Virus record (IMG/VR): IMGVR_UViG_3300008339_000034
DNA from: an uncultured virus (IMG/VR IMGVR_UViG_3300008339_000034)
Lineage: Duplodnaviria; Heunggongvirae; Uroviricota; Caudoviricetes
Strand: one strand, 5' to 3'
DNA: 64,000 nucleotides
Shown here: piece after piece, positions 63,953 to 64,000 of the stretch
Layout of the letters: the number at the start of each line of letters is the position of its first letter
Numbering within the stretch: the first letter of the stretch is position 1
Notes under the pieces: model-generated
What the model saw: only the letters and a program-made list of their open reading frames with translations
The model's database searches: none
What the model was told of the DNA's origin: nothing
Program-made: the position numbers and the translations under genes

Positions 63953-64000
63953 CTCCTTTGGTACTCTAGGACATCCTACACTACCATCTTAAGTCCTAAT

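Noticed and set aside
61354..63961. CRISPR array or integron attC array as explanation for the repeats
   Set aside because: Repeats are degenerate, spacing is irregular (about 135-390 nt), spacers are mostly whole genes, no GTTRRRY/RYYYAAC attC pattern was evident, and no cas or integrase gene is in the window

Overview
This window is about 64 kb of a crAss-like (Crassvirales-type) phage genome, standard genetic code. The host is probably a Bacteroidota species: there are six TTG-N19/20-TAnnTTTG promoters and a phage protein with a T9SS C-terminal sorting domain. From 60241 down to 1 almost everything is on the minus strand. In order: tail-fibre/spike genes; a holin-endolysin operon that runs directly into an unusual envelope module (HExxH protein, cohesin-dockerin-cohesin-T9SS protein, two small membrane proteins, CsgG-family lipoprotein, putative beta-barrel, second dockerin protein, secreted protein); the conserved crAss block (RepL-like, HU/IHF-like, Zn-finger, TerL, portal, scaffold-like, major capsid, ring/auxiliary capsid, tail, muzzle); and finally cargo proteins and giant virion proteins, including a virion RNA polymerase with a DYDID motif. 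After about 60.5 kb the strand switches. From 61354 to 63961 there is an array of small plus-strand genes built as cassettes: a hairpin, then a conserved 18-nt pyrimidine motif, then ATG at exactly +18 or +21. One cassette is non-coding. The two strongest candidates for undescribed systems are the lysis-linked cohesin/dockerin/T9SS/CsgG surface module and this terminator-promoter cassette array. All family calls come from motif recognition and gene order by eye; no database search was run.
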